Below are positions 47,709 to 55,461 of a stretch of 64,000 bases of DNA, piece by piece (the stretch's first letter is position 1; each line of letters starts with the position of its first letter). The notes below the pieces were generated by a model that was not told the origin of the DNA, made no database searches, and was given only the letters and a program-made list of their open reading frames with translations. The stretch comes from a virus, in the IMG/VR virus record IMGVR_UViG_3300022074_000005. One strand, given 5' to 3'. Both the position numbers and the translations under genes were made by a program.

Positions 47709-47986
47709 AAATCTTCCTTATCTACCAATTGATATCCACCCTTGTTGTAAGCAATCGTTACACACTTGCCTTCTGGCAAATCTAATTGTGGATATACTTT
47801 TTTCTTTGTTGGCCCAACTATTTTATCACTTGTAGGATAAGTTGATCTACAAGTTAAATCTGGCATTGGGTATCCGTCAAAATTGTTCCATATTTCACCT
47901 GTGTCTATATCTATGTTAACTCCAAGTGACTTAATATATTTGTAGTGATCTTTTAATTTCTTTTTTAATAATTCTTTTTTATTCAT
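47705..47986 (-). CDS. Conserved hypothetical phage protein
   Basis: C-terminal AYNKGGYQ motif. Confidence 0.55.
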   Translation of the reverse strand: MNKKELLKKKLKDHYKYIKSLGVNIDIDTGEIWNNFDGYPMPDLTCRSTYPTSDKIVGPTKKKVYPQLDLPEGKCVTIAYNKGGYQLVDKEDL

Positions 47987-47991
47987 AAATT

Positions 47992-48105
47992 AAAAATGGG
48001 GTGGATATGACTCCACCCCAAAGAGTACCCGATCAAATCTCTCATAATATATGGGTACTCTGACTCTTGCGTTGATGATGAGAGGTTGAGAGGTCGCAAG
48101 AGTCA
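47992..48105 (-). ncRNA. Putative structured small RNA: three tandem hairpins, the last an intrinsic terminator
   Basis: Perfect stems 48061-71/48095-105 (11 bp), 48022-30/48053-61 (9 bp) and 47997-48005/48012-20 (9 bp, then U5). Confidence 0.6.
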
Positions 48106-48114
48106 AACTCTAAA

Positions 48115-48285
48115 TTAGTTATATTGATTTTTAATAGTCATGATACCACTCAAAATCATAACTACGAAAGATGCACCTGCAAGTAAGTAATTTTCATTAC
48201 CCATACAAGCACCACCACAATCTTCGATACTTCCTACCGCAAACATTGCTGATAGACAAAATATTATTGCATATAAATGTTTCAT
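48115..48285 (-). CDS. 56 aa two-TM early peptide (MKHLYAIIFCLSAMFAVGSIEDCGGACMG...), not in the ORF track
   Basis: Translated by hand; AGAGAGGTT RBS. Confidence 0.65.
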   Translation of the reverse strand: MKHLYAIIFCLSAMFAVGSIEDCGGACMGNENYLLAGASFVVMILSGIMTIKNQYN

Positions 48286-48298
48286 ATTAACCTCTCTA

Positions 48299-48661
48299 TT
48301 ATTTTAAATATAAAGGACCTGTCCATTGAATATGGTAGTTTCCCTCTAATACATTTCCTCTGGCTGCATTTAAAGCAGGTTTGTTATAACCCGCAGCTTT
48401 AAAGATATCACCTTTTTTAAATCTATCATTATCGTGAATATTAACAAACGCAAATACAGAATTGTCTCTCACAATCTTGATATACTTTTGTCCAGCTTTT
48501 ACTTTGATCTTGTCATCCCAACCATCAACTTGTTCTTTTGAATAACCTGATAACTCTTTACCACCAACAGTTGACATCTTAATATAGTCTTCTTTGGCAC
48601 CGTTCATCATGTTATCAACACCTCTGAATAGTGTATCTGCTGTTTTTTCTACTTTGTACAT
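48299..48661 (-). CDS. Conserved early phage protein (start reassigned to MYKVEK)
   Basis: KYIKIV...SV.AFV...GDI.KAA....PA.N.ARGNV motif; AGAGAGGTT RBS. Confidence 0.7.
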   Translation of the reverse strand: MYKVEKTADTLFRGVDNMMNGAKEDYIKMSTVGGKELSGYSKEQVDGWDDKIKVKAGQKYIKIVRDNSVFAFVNIHDNDRFKKGDIFKAAGYNKPALNAARGNVLEGNYHIQWTGPLYLK

Positions 48662-48687
48662 ATTAACCTCTCTATTGTTTATTCTTA

Positions 48688-48716
48688 ATAATACCACATA
48701 TAGGGTATGTTGTCAA
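48688..48716 (-). promoter_or_regulatory. sigma70-type early promoter
   Basis: TTGACA-17 bp-TATTAT with TG extension. Confidence 0.75.
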
Positions 48717-48721
48717 GGGTG

Positions 48722-49387
48722 TTATTCAAAAAAAGCACTCTGAAAATGTGTTGATTTTCCTACGTTTCCTATAAGTTGTATGTTCCAAGATACAGATGTT
48801 CTAGTTTTGTTCCCTTGTAAAGCAGGTACCCAATGATATAACCAACTAGGAAATAGATAGATTCGATTCGTTTTTGCCGTGTATTGTAATACTGTTGCGT
48901 TATCTACACTAGATTTACTTGACGGTACAATTACATTTGCTTGAACTTTTGGGTCTGCAAAACATATACCAGAAGTTTGCTCTGCGTCTGCATACCATAC
49001 ACCAGACCATACGTTATTGCTATGTGTATGTGGTGGATGATACTCACCTGGTTTTAAATGATTTGCCCACATGTCAGTAATACGAATATCATCAAACTCG
49101 TATTGTAATTTATCTCTAATTACTTCTTTGTTTGCTTCAATTAAGTATTCTGCAAACTGTTTAAAATTTTCTGATTTGTGTAAGTCTGGTTTTGATTGCC
49201 AGTTATTTAATTTTTCTTTTGTACCATCAATTTTTAAAACATAAGTTTTATCATTATCGTATTGTTTATTAATAACTGATAGTAACTCATCGTGATATGG
49301 ATAAAAATTATCGCATGAAAAAATGTGTGTAGGGAATATTCTTTGATGTTGAAGTCTACCTTTACAATATGTCATTACATAATCCAC
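48722..49387 (-). CDS. 2OG-Fe(II) oxygenase (TIGR02466-like)
   Basis: WAN...G.YH.PHTH.N..WSGVWY and FPSWL.H.V...R.SVSWN motifs. Confidence 0.8.
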   Translation of the reverse strand: MDYVMTYCKGRLQHQRIFPTHIFSCDNFYPYHDELLSVINKQYDNDKTYVLKIDGTKEKLNNWQSKPDLHKSENFKQFAEYLIEANKEVIRDKLQYEFDDIRITDMWANHLKPGEYHPPHTHSNNVWSGVWYADAEQTSGICFADPKVQANVIVPSSKSSVDNATVLQYTAKTNRIYLFPSWLYHWVPALQGNKTRTSVSWNIQLIGNVGKSTHFQSAFFE

Positions 49388-49926
49388 GTCATTACGCTGT
49401 ATCGATTTCCTTTTGTAACTTTTTTTACTTCATGATCAAACATGAAATTGCTAGGGAATACAATTGCTGAACCCTGCTTGATTTTTGGTTTGTATGTTTC
49501 ATCACACATTACAAATTCACCACCTTCATAGTTGTCGTTTAAAAATATTAAAGAAGTTAAGTGAGGATATCCATATTGTTGACCATGACTTTTGTAAATG
49601 TTATCTACATGGTTTCTCATGAAGCCACCCTCTGTATAATGATTTAATCTAAAAGCTGTGTATGCAACTGGTGTTATACGAGTATGTTTTTTTACATACT
49701 CATCTACGCCACTCTTAAAAGCTTTTGATAACACATCATAGTATTGATCTTTTGGTGTAACCCAATACTCTTTCATACTAACACTATCATTACCAGTATT
49801 TTTTGTATTAGATGAAAAAGTTGAAGTATCCCATAATGCGTTTTGTTCAAAATAAGATATTAGAGAGTTACATGTTTTACTATCTAATTTATTTTCATAA
49901 GTTTCAATATAATCTGTTTTGTTCAT
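49375..49926 (-). CDS. 2OG-Fe(II) oxygenase (prolyl-hydroxylase-like)
   Basis: HVD, FLND.YEGGE and FPSN..F.HEV..V..G.RYS motifs. Confidence 0.85.
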   Translation of the reverse strand: MNKTDYIETYENKLDSKTCNSLISYFEQNALWDTSTFSSNTKNTGNDSVSMKEYWVTPKDQYYDVLSKAFKSGVDEYVKKHTRITPVAYTAFRLNHYTEGGFMRNHVDNIYKSHGQQYGYPHLTSLIFLNDNYEGGEFVMCDETYKPKIKQGSAIVFPSNFMFDHEVKKVTKGNRYSVMTWIM

Positions 49927-50423
49927 TATGATTGTGGATTTACAAAGTCATCATTCCAATTAAAAGCTTCTTTAACAACTTCTTTACTTAATCCTTTGTA
50001 AACTTGATGTAACTTTTTATCTTTAGCTGCGATAATAAGTTTAGCTTCTGACTCATGCAATCCCTCTAGCATCTGAATAAACATATTCTCTTTTTTAACT
50101 TTAGGCGTATCGTTATCTCCACCTTCAATAAAGTGATATAGTTTCTTTGCTTCAATCGCTAGTCTTGTATGATCTGTACCAGCAGGTGCATCGTTTGGCA
50201 TAAAAGGAACATCACCACTAGGCATCGCCCATTTTATTTTAGGGTCGAAAGATGATTTGATAACCATTCTTAAAGATGCGTTGTTATGATCTCTAAGTAT
50301 TTTAACCTTTTGAGATTTTGTTTTTGCTTTATGTACCTTGTCTAAAACCTCAGAGAATAATAGTGTTGCTGAACTATTATCTACGACCTGGCCCATATTA
50401 TTTGTTATTGGTTCTCTTGACAT
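49926..50423 (-). CDS. Conserved T4-like hypothetical protein
   Basis: FDP...W..P.G.VP and E.MFIQMLEGLH..EA motifs; usually next to rnh. Confidence 0.65.
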   Translation of the reverse strand: MSREPITNNMGQVVDNSSATLLFSEVLDKVHKAKTKSQKVKILRDHNNASLRMVIKSSFDPKIKWAMPSGDVPFMPNDAPAGTDHTRLAIEAKKLYHFIEGGDNDTPKVKKENMFIQMLEGLHESEAKLIIAAKDKKLHQVYKGLSKEVVKEAFNWNDDFVNPQS

Positions 50424-51271
50424 TAAAAGTCTCCTATTGATTCTGTTAACTCTTTTAATCTATTTTGAATAAAGTAAGTTAACATTTTGCTTTTGTCGCC
50501 ACATTTGGCTTCTTGAAAAGTGGTTTTAATATTTTGATAGAGTTCACTTGGTATACATTCTAAGTCAATGAGATTTTTATTACGTTCATAATTACGTATA
50601 ATATTATCATTAACAATCTTACCTGTAAAATCGCCATCTTTCCACGCTTCAATTTTTTTCTTTGTTAAAGGTTTTTGTCTTAGACCTTCTACAAATACAT
50701 CATCGTTAGACAATACATTTGGAACACCATCAGACGGGTCACCTTTTAGTATATGTACTTTTATATAGTCGTTAGGGTCTTCACCATTTACGTGTTTTTT
50801 TAGTATTGGACTATATTGTTTTACATTAGAAAATTTTTGTAGTTGTATGAAATCCTTGTCACCAGACACAATCATGATTTGCTCGTTAGGATATTCTTTT
50901 ACTAAAGTTGCAATTACATCATCTGCTTCTGCACCATGCACTTCAATATTTTTATATGGAAAATAGTCTTTTAGTTCTTGTTTAATTTTATTTAAACAAT
51001 TAAAAATAGACTCCCAATCTTTGCCATCTTTATCTCTAGCTTTTCGTCTATTCTTTTTGTAGTGAGGAAAATAATCTCTACGCCAATAATGTTTTGAATC
51101 CCATGCTAAAACTATTTCACCATAGTCTTTTACAAATTGAGTTCTATACATTCGTACAGAATTCAAAATCATATGTCGTACCATATTTTCATCTACAGTA
51201 TTCGACTTTTCCATATTCAATTGCATCATCAAACTAGCAACACTAATTTGATTCATGTCAAGAATGATCAT
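50423..51271 (-). CDS. rnh: RNase H / 5'-3' exonuclease (T4 rnh)
   Basis: LDMNQI, WRRDYFP.YK, EADD.I, SGDKDF.QL and KGD.SDGVPN motifs. Confidence 0.95.
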   Translation of the reverse strand: MIILDMNQISVASLMMQLNMEKSNTVDENMVRHMILNSVRMYRTQFVKDYGEIVLAWDSKHYWRRDYFPHYKKNRRKARDKDGKDWESIFNCLNKIKQELKDYFPYKNIEVHGAEADDVIATLVKEYPNEQIMIVSGDKDFIQLQKFSNVKQYSPILKKHVNGEDPNDYIKVHILKGDPSDGVPNVLSNDDVFVEGLRQKPLTKKKIEAWKDGDFTGKIVNDNIIRNYERNKNLIDLECIPSELYQNIKTTFQEAKCGDKSKMLTYFIQNRLKELTESIGDF

Positions 51272-51272
51272 A

Positions 51273-51488
51273 TCACCTACCTAATTTTTTACTTCGTCCT
51301 ATCGGTAACTTGACAGCACGATTAATTTCATTTCCTCTTTTATTTATATACTCTATATTAATAGATTTATTTTCTTTTAAATCTAGTTTATTTTGTATTG
51401 TTTTTACTGCTCTTTTGAAACCTAATGCTTCAACTTTTTCAGAAAAACCAGAGTCATTATAGAAGTGATATTCTTTATTTTTTGCCAT
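51273..51488 (-). CDS. Small basic hypothetical protein
   Basis: ORF coupled to its neighbours. Confidence 0.55.
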   Translation of the reverse strand: MAKNKEYHFYNDSGFSEKVEALGFKRAVKTIQNKLDLKENKSINIEYINKRGNEINRAVKLPIGRSKKLGR

Positions 51489-51891
51489 AAATGTCTTTCA
51501 ATATTCTTTTTATTATTTTTATATCTAAGACATTATAATTTAAAGTGGTTGAATTGTCAAGGGTTGTATTCACCATAATTGCATTAATAAAATCTTGTAA
51601 AGGATGTGTATATCCTTTAGTTTTCATTATATAACTTTTTATTGTTTCATTGATAAAAGGAAGATATTTTTGAAAGTCTTTATCTGCGAGATCAACCTTA
51701 TTATCACTCAACGATTGTATCATCTTAACACATATCGCTTCTGTTAGTTCCTCGCCAAACACAAAGTCTGCTGCCATTTTCTCTTTTTTTGCCCAATCTG
51801 TAGAGGCATTAACTGCTCTCTTCTTCATAGTCTCTGTAAGAGTCCATGGTCCTTTTATGATGTTGGTTGATTTTTTAATATCCTCTTTCAT
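51475..51891 (-). CDS. Hypothetical protein
   Basis: NII.GPW and HPLQ motifs. Confidence 0.55.
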   Translation of the reverse strand: MKEDIKKSTNIIKGPWTLTETMKKRAVNASTDWAKKEKMAADFVFGEELTEAICVKMIQSLSDNKVDLADKDFQKYLPFINETIKSYIMKTKGYTHPLQDFINAIMVNTTLDNSTTLNYNVLDIKIIKRILKDIYGKK

Positions 51892-52192
51892 TGAATATTT
51901 TTTGTCTTTCTCTTTTCCACCTTTGAATACCTTGTTTTTTTCTTAGTCTTTTTTTCTCTGATGGCTTTTGGAAGTATTGTTTATCTTTGTACTCTTGCAA
52001 TATACCAGATTCTTTTACAATTCTTTTGAATCTTTTCATTGCCTTCATTAAGTCTTCTGGTTTATCACCACGTACTGTTACTTTTAATCCCTCATCTTTT
52101 GGAAACTTTTTAAACTCTTTTTTCTTAAAAGGTTTATTAAAATTATTAAAACTTTTAAATTGTCTTCGTGGTTTTGATTGTTCTTGTCTCAA
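51875..52192 (-). CDS. rpsU: Ribosomal protein bS21 with an N-terminal extension
   Basis: V.VR....L.KAMKRFKR.V..SGILQEYK..QYFQKPSEKKR; TTG start with AGGAGG RBS. Confidence 0.88.
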   Translation of the reverse strand: MRQEQSKPRRQFKSFNNFNKPFKKKEFKKFPKDEGLKVTVRGDKPEDLMKAMKRFKRIVKESGILQEYKDKQYFQKPSEKKRLRKKQGIQRWKRERQKIFNERGY

Positions 52193-52200
52193 GAGACCTC

Positions 52201-52506
52201 CTATTTGTTTTTGTTAATTAATTCTTGATTAGCTGCGTTAAAAGCATTTATCATAAAATCATTTAGTACTGTATCTAACTTATCTGATTTGATATGTACT
52301 TTTTTATTTAAATTATCCTCTAATAATTCTGTTGCAACTTTTAAATCTTCTATAGAAGATTGAATATCATTTAATTTATTTACAACCAATATTGAAGCTG
52401 TAGATGTTATAATCAATAATGTTATTACAACTCCTATTAAAAAGTTTTTCATATTATTTCCACCATTCATTTGCTTGTTCAATTGCAATATCAACATCTG
52501 AATCAT
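52201..52506 (-). CDS. Membrane-anchored coiled-coil protein (start probably MKNFLIG)
   Basis: TM helix followed by heptads. Confidence 0.5.
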   Translation of the reverse strand: MIQMLILQLNKQMNGGNNMKNFLIGVVITLLIITSTASILVVNKLNDIQSSIEDLKVATELLEDNLNKKVHIKSDKLDTVLNDFMINAFNAANQELINKNK

Positions 52507-52726
52507 CTTTTGTTGATACTTCTTTTATCTGATCGAAATAACACCAATTAGAACCACCAAATGTTACTGCACCTGTGTATCCTAAATCAGTATCATATTC
52601 TTTTGCACTTAAAGAATTATCATCTTCAGCTGCGATATCTTCTTTTCTAATTGCGATACCAATATTGTTTAGTTCACCTGTTCTACCTTTTTCGTCTGTA
52701 ATTATATCACCTAATTTAATTTGCAT
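52454..52726 (-). CDS. Small acidic early protein
   Basis: GGAGG RBS. Confidence 0.65.
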   Translation of the reverse strand: MQIKLGDIITDEKGRTGELNNIGIAIRKEDIAAEDDNSLSAKEYDTDLGYTGAVTFGGSNWCYFDQIKEVSTKDDSDVDIAIEQANEWWK

Positions 52727-52877
52727 TATAACCTCCCTTTAGTTCTTTGTCAATCAAATTTTCACTTATTATCTCAAATAAAGTCTTTCCTTTAGAAAAG
52801 AGTTTTTTCTTTGCAATAGCAATCCTCTCTTCTATTCTTTTTAGACTTTCTATTTCTTCTTGTTTTATTGTTTTCAT
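52716..52877 (-). CDS. 53 aa early protein (MKTIKQEEIESLKRIEERIAIAKKKLF...), not in the ORF track
   Basis: Translated by hand; AGAGAGGTT RBS and promoter upstream. Confidence 0.65.
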   Translation of the reverse strand: MKTIKQEEIESLKRIEERIAIAKKKLFSKGKTLFEIISENLIDKELKGGYNAN

Positions 52878-52898
52878 AATAACCTCTCTTACTCCTAT

Positions 52899-52927
52899 AA
52901 TCTAACAGGTATAGAGGGTATTGTCAA
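52899..52927 (-). promoter_or_regulatory. sigma70-type early promoter
   Basis: TTGACA-17 bp-TAGATT. Confidence 0.65.
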
Positions 52928-52960
52928 CCATTAAAAAACGTTGATTTTACTGTATTTTTG

Positions 52961-53021
52961 GGGGGTATCTTACTATGGAAAGGGGTTAAAATGCCCGCTA
53001 GCGTGTCGCTGAGCGTGTCTA
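52961..53021. repeat. Intergenic ~61 bp element, copy B (copy A at 27096-27157)
   Basis: GGGGGTATCTTACTAT...GCTAGCGTGTCGCTGAGCGTGTCTA. Confidence 0.85.
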
Positions 53022-53039
53022 TTTTTAGTGATTCTTTGA

Positions 53040-53174
53040 TTATAGTCCTAATCTACGTCTTTTTTGTTTATTTAAAGATGATTTGTGATATCTTTTTTTC
53101 TTACTACCTATAGTTGTTTTCTTAGGTGCTGATTTTCTATAATCTTGAGTGTTGCCGTATAGTCCTTTTGCCAT
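53040..53174 (-). CDS. 44 aa highly basic late peptide (MAKGLYGNTQDYRKSAPKKTTIGSKKKRYHKSSLNKQKRRRLGL), not in the ORF track
   Basis: Translated by hand; TATAAATA at 53179-53186 directly upstream. Confidence 0.6.
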   Translation of the reverse strand: MAKGLYGNTQDYRKSAPKKTTIGSKKKRYHKSSLNKQKRRRLGL

Positions 53175-53181
53175 GACCTAT

Positions 53182-53280
53182 TTATATGAGATCAAAAGTA
53201 CCTAATACCATACAGACCAAAATATAACACATGTAAGCTAATATACAATATCCTATTATTTTTTCGTATATACTAAACAT
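53182..53280 (-). CDS. 32 aa TM peptide (MFSIYEKIIGYCILAYMCYILVCMVLGTFDLI), not in the ORF track
   Basis: Translated by hand; start overlaps the cyclase stop. Confidence 0.4.
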   Translation of the reverse strand: MFSIYEKIIGYCILAYMCYILVCMVLGTFDLI

Positions 53281-55111
53281 CGGGTTTGAAGATTGTAATC
53301 AATTCTTCTTTTCCTTTGACCTTTATCTTATCTACTTCTATTGATTTAATGTTCTCTAATTGTTCTTTTGTATATGATGAATATAAAGTAGGTGTAACTT
53401 TACCATTCTCGTCTTTGTAGTTCCTAGTTTGTGCCTCTAGTCTTGCGGCCAGATTAACTGCATCCCCAATAACAGAATAGTCTAGTCTCATCTCACTACC
53501 CATATTCCCAACTATACAAGTACCAGTATTAACACCAGAACCTATATTGATATCTGGTAATCCTTTTTCCTTAAACTCTTTCTTAATTCTATCTGTCTCT
53601 TCAGCACATTCAATAGATGTCTTGACTGCCATCTCTGCGTGATTAGGACAATCCAATGGTGCGTTCCAAAATGCCATGATACAATCACCCATGTATTTGT
53701 CTATCGTTCCACCATTCTTTAGTACTATCTTACTCATACGATTTAAATAATCGTTAATGACATTGACCAATCCCTCTGGGTCATCATTGTTCTTATAGTA
53801 TTCTGATATTGGTGTGAAACCTACAATGTCCATGAACAAGAAACTCATCTCTTTTCTTTCACCACCAAGTTTTAATTTACTAGGGTCTTTGACTAATATT
53901 GCTACTTGTCTAGGGTCTAGATACTTCTCAAACTGTTTTCTTATTTGTTGTTTTAATTTAAACTCTAATATAAATCTTAAAAACGTACTATGAAAAGCAA
54001 CTACTAAAAATGTAAGTAGTATCCATGTTACATCTACTAACATTAAGTTTTGAACAAAAAACATATTTGTATATACAGGTAATGTTACAGATACAAATAT
54101 AATTGCAAGTCCTATTATCCAATATGCTGAATATCTTACTAAAACGATCATAGCAATACCTACTATAAATGCAATTAGTAATTCATAAAATGCATCATAT
54201 CTTTTGATAGTTTCACCATCTAAAACAGTTTGTAGTGTGTTTGCTGATATTGTATAATCATATTGTTCACCAGTTGGTGTTGCAACTACACCACCTAATC
54301 CCTCTGCCGTCATTGCAATAATAACTGTGGTACCTGCAGCTTGTGAAAAATCATTACTAGCTGCTGATATAGTTTTAAACTTTTTGTTCCACCTAATCCA
54401 TATTCTAGCATTTGCATCTGTTTTGATTGTATCGAAACCAGGTACTCTCATTGCAATAACACCAAACTCATCTGCCTTAACTTGATAACTAGGGTCACCT
54501 ACTGCAACTCTTATTGTTTCAATCGCCATGTTAGGATATACTTCATCACCTATTTTCATTAATAATGGTACTCTTCTAACAACACCATCTATCTCTGGTG
54601 CTGTATTAATTACTCCTACACCATTAGCACATTCTGCTAGTTCTGGTAATGGACCAACCATTCCAGGCCATTCAAATAAAAATGATAATGGGTTTCCTAT
54701 CTTTGCAACTCCTCTTGGTACTGGGTTAGATGTTCTTTTTTGTGTTGTACCTGTTTGTGCTATGACAGTTCCATAAGTTAGTGTTTCACAAAATACTTTA
54801 TCACCATCAAATCTATCTGACTCTGAAAATAAGATAGGCATAACAATTATACCTGTTTGTGCTTGTCGTAAATCTATAATTAGTTTAGCAAGTGTTTCTC
54901 TAGGCCAAGGCCATTGACCATACTTCTCTATCGCTTGTTCGTCTATTGTTATGATTGTTATGTCTTGAGATTGCGACTTCTCTTCATTTGCTAGAAGATA
55001 ATCAAATGATTTAAGTCTTAGAGTTTCTTTAAATGATATATCTTGTAAACCTACGTATGTAAGAAAAAATAATGTTATAAATGCTGTAGTCCAATGTGTT
55101 AAAAATTTCAT
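53273..55111 (-). CDS. CHASE2-domain class III adenylate cyclase (start reassigned to MKFLTHW)
   Basis: CHASE2 motifs IDE......GQWPWPR and DGVVRR.PL; three TM helices; FMDIVGFT, IDKYMGD and DYSVIGDAVNLAARLE; TAATG overlap with the upstream stop. Confidence 0.92.
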   Translation of the reverse strand: MKFLTHWTTAFITLFFLTYVGLQDISFKETLRLKSFDYLLANEEKSQSQDITIITIDEQAIEKYGQWPWPRETLAKLIIDLRQAQTGIIVMPILFSESDRFDGDKVFCETLTYGTVIAQTGTTQKRTSNPVPRGVAKIGNPLSFLFEWPGMVGPLPELAECANGVGVINTAPEIDGVVRRVPLLMKIGDEVYPNMAIETIRVAVGDPSYQVKADEFGVIAMRVPGFDTIKTDANARIWIRWNKKFKTISAASNDFSQAAGTTVIIAMTAEGLGGVVATPTGEQYDYTISANTLQTVLDGETIKRYDAFYELLIAFIVGIAMIVLVRYSAYWIIGLAIIFVSVTLPVYTNMFFVQNLMLVDVTWILLTFLVVAFHSTFLRFILEFKLKQQIRKQFEKYLDPRQVAILVKDPSKLKLGGERKEMSFLFMDIVGFTPISEYYKNNDDPEGLVNVINDYLNRMSKIVLKNGGTIDKYMGDCIMAFWNAPLDCPNHAEMAVKTSIECAEETDRIKKEFKEKGLPDINIGSGVNTGTCIVGNMGSEMRLDYSVIGDAVNLAARLEAQTRNYKDENGKVTPTLYSSYTKEQLENIKSIEVDKIKVKGKEELITIFKPDV

Positions 55112-55461
55112 TATTGATTTACTGTCATAGTACAGTAAGCATGTCCACACCAAAAATTACCAGAGTAACTTTTATTATTACCTGATTGATTAATGTACAT
55201 AGATGAACCATTACTATTTCTGCCATCAACATCAATGTCAATGTTATTATTATTTCCAACTTGGTCTAAATCAATAATAAAACCATTCATACTTTGTATA
55301 TCAAAATCTATATCATTATTTTGACCATCTTGTAGAGTATTTAGAGTACCACCTGCTGATGTTGTAACAGTAATTGTTAAATCATTAGCGTTAGAATTAT
55401 GTAATAAAACCAATACAAATAATAAAGTTATGCTAATTAATTTGCTGAATAGTGATAACAT
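55111..55461 (-). CDS. Short curlin-like secreted protein (CsgB-like; start reassigned)
   Basis: Signal peptide; Q.G.NN repeats (QDGQNN, QVGNNN, QSGNN); GGAGGAG RBS. Confidence 0.65.
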   Translation of the reverse strand: MLSLFSKLISITLLFVLVLLHNSNANDLTITVTTSAGGTLNTLQDGQNNDIDFDIQSMNGFIIDLDQVGNNNNIDIDVDGRNSNGSSMYINQSGNNKSYSGNFWCGHAYCTMTVNQ

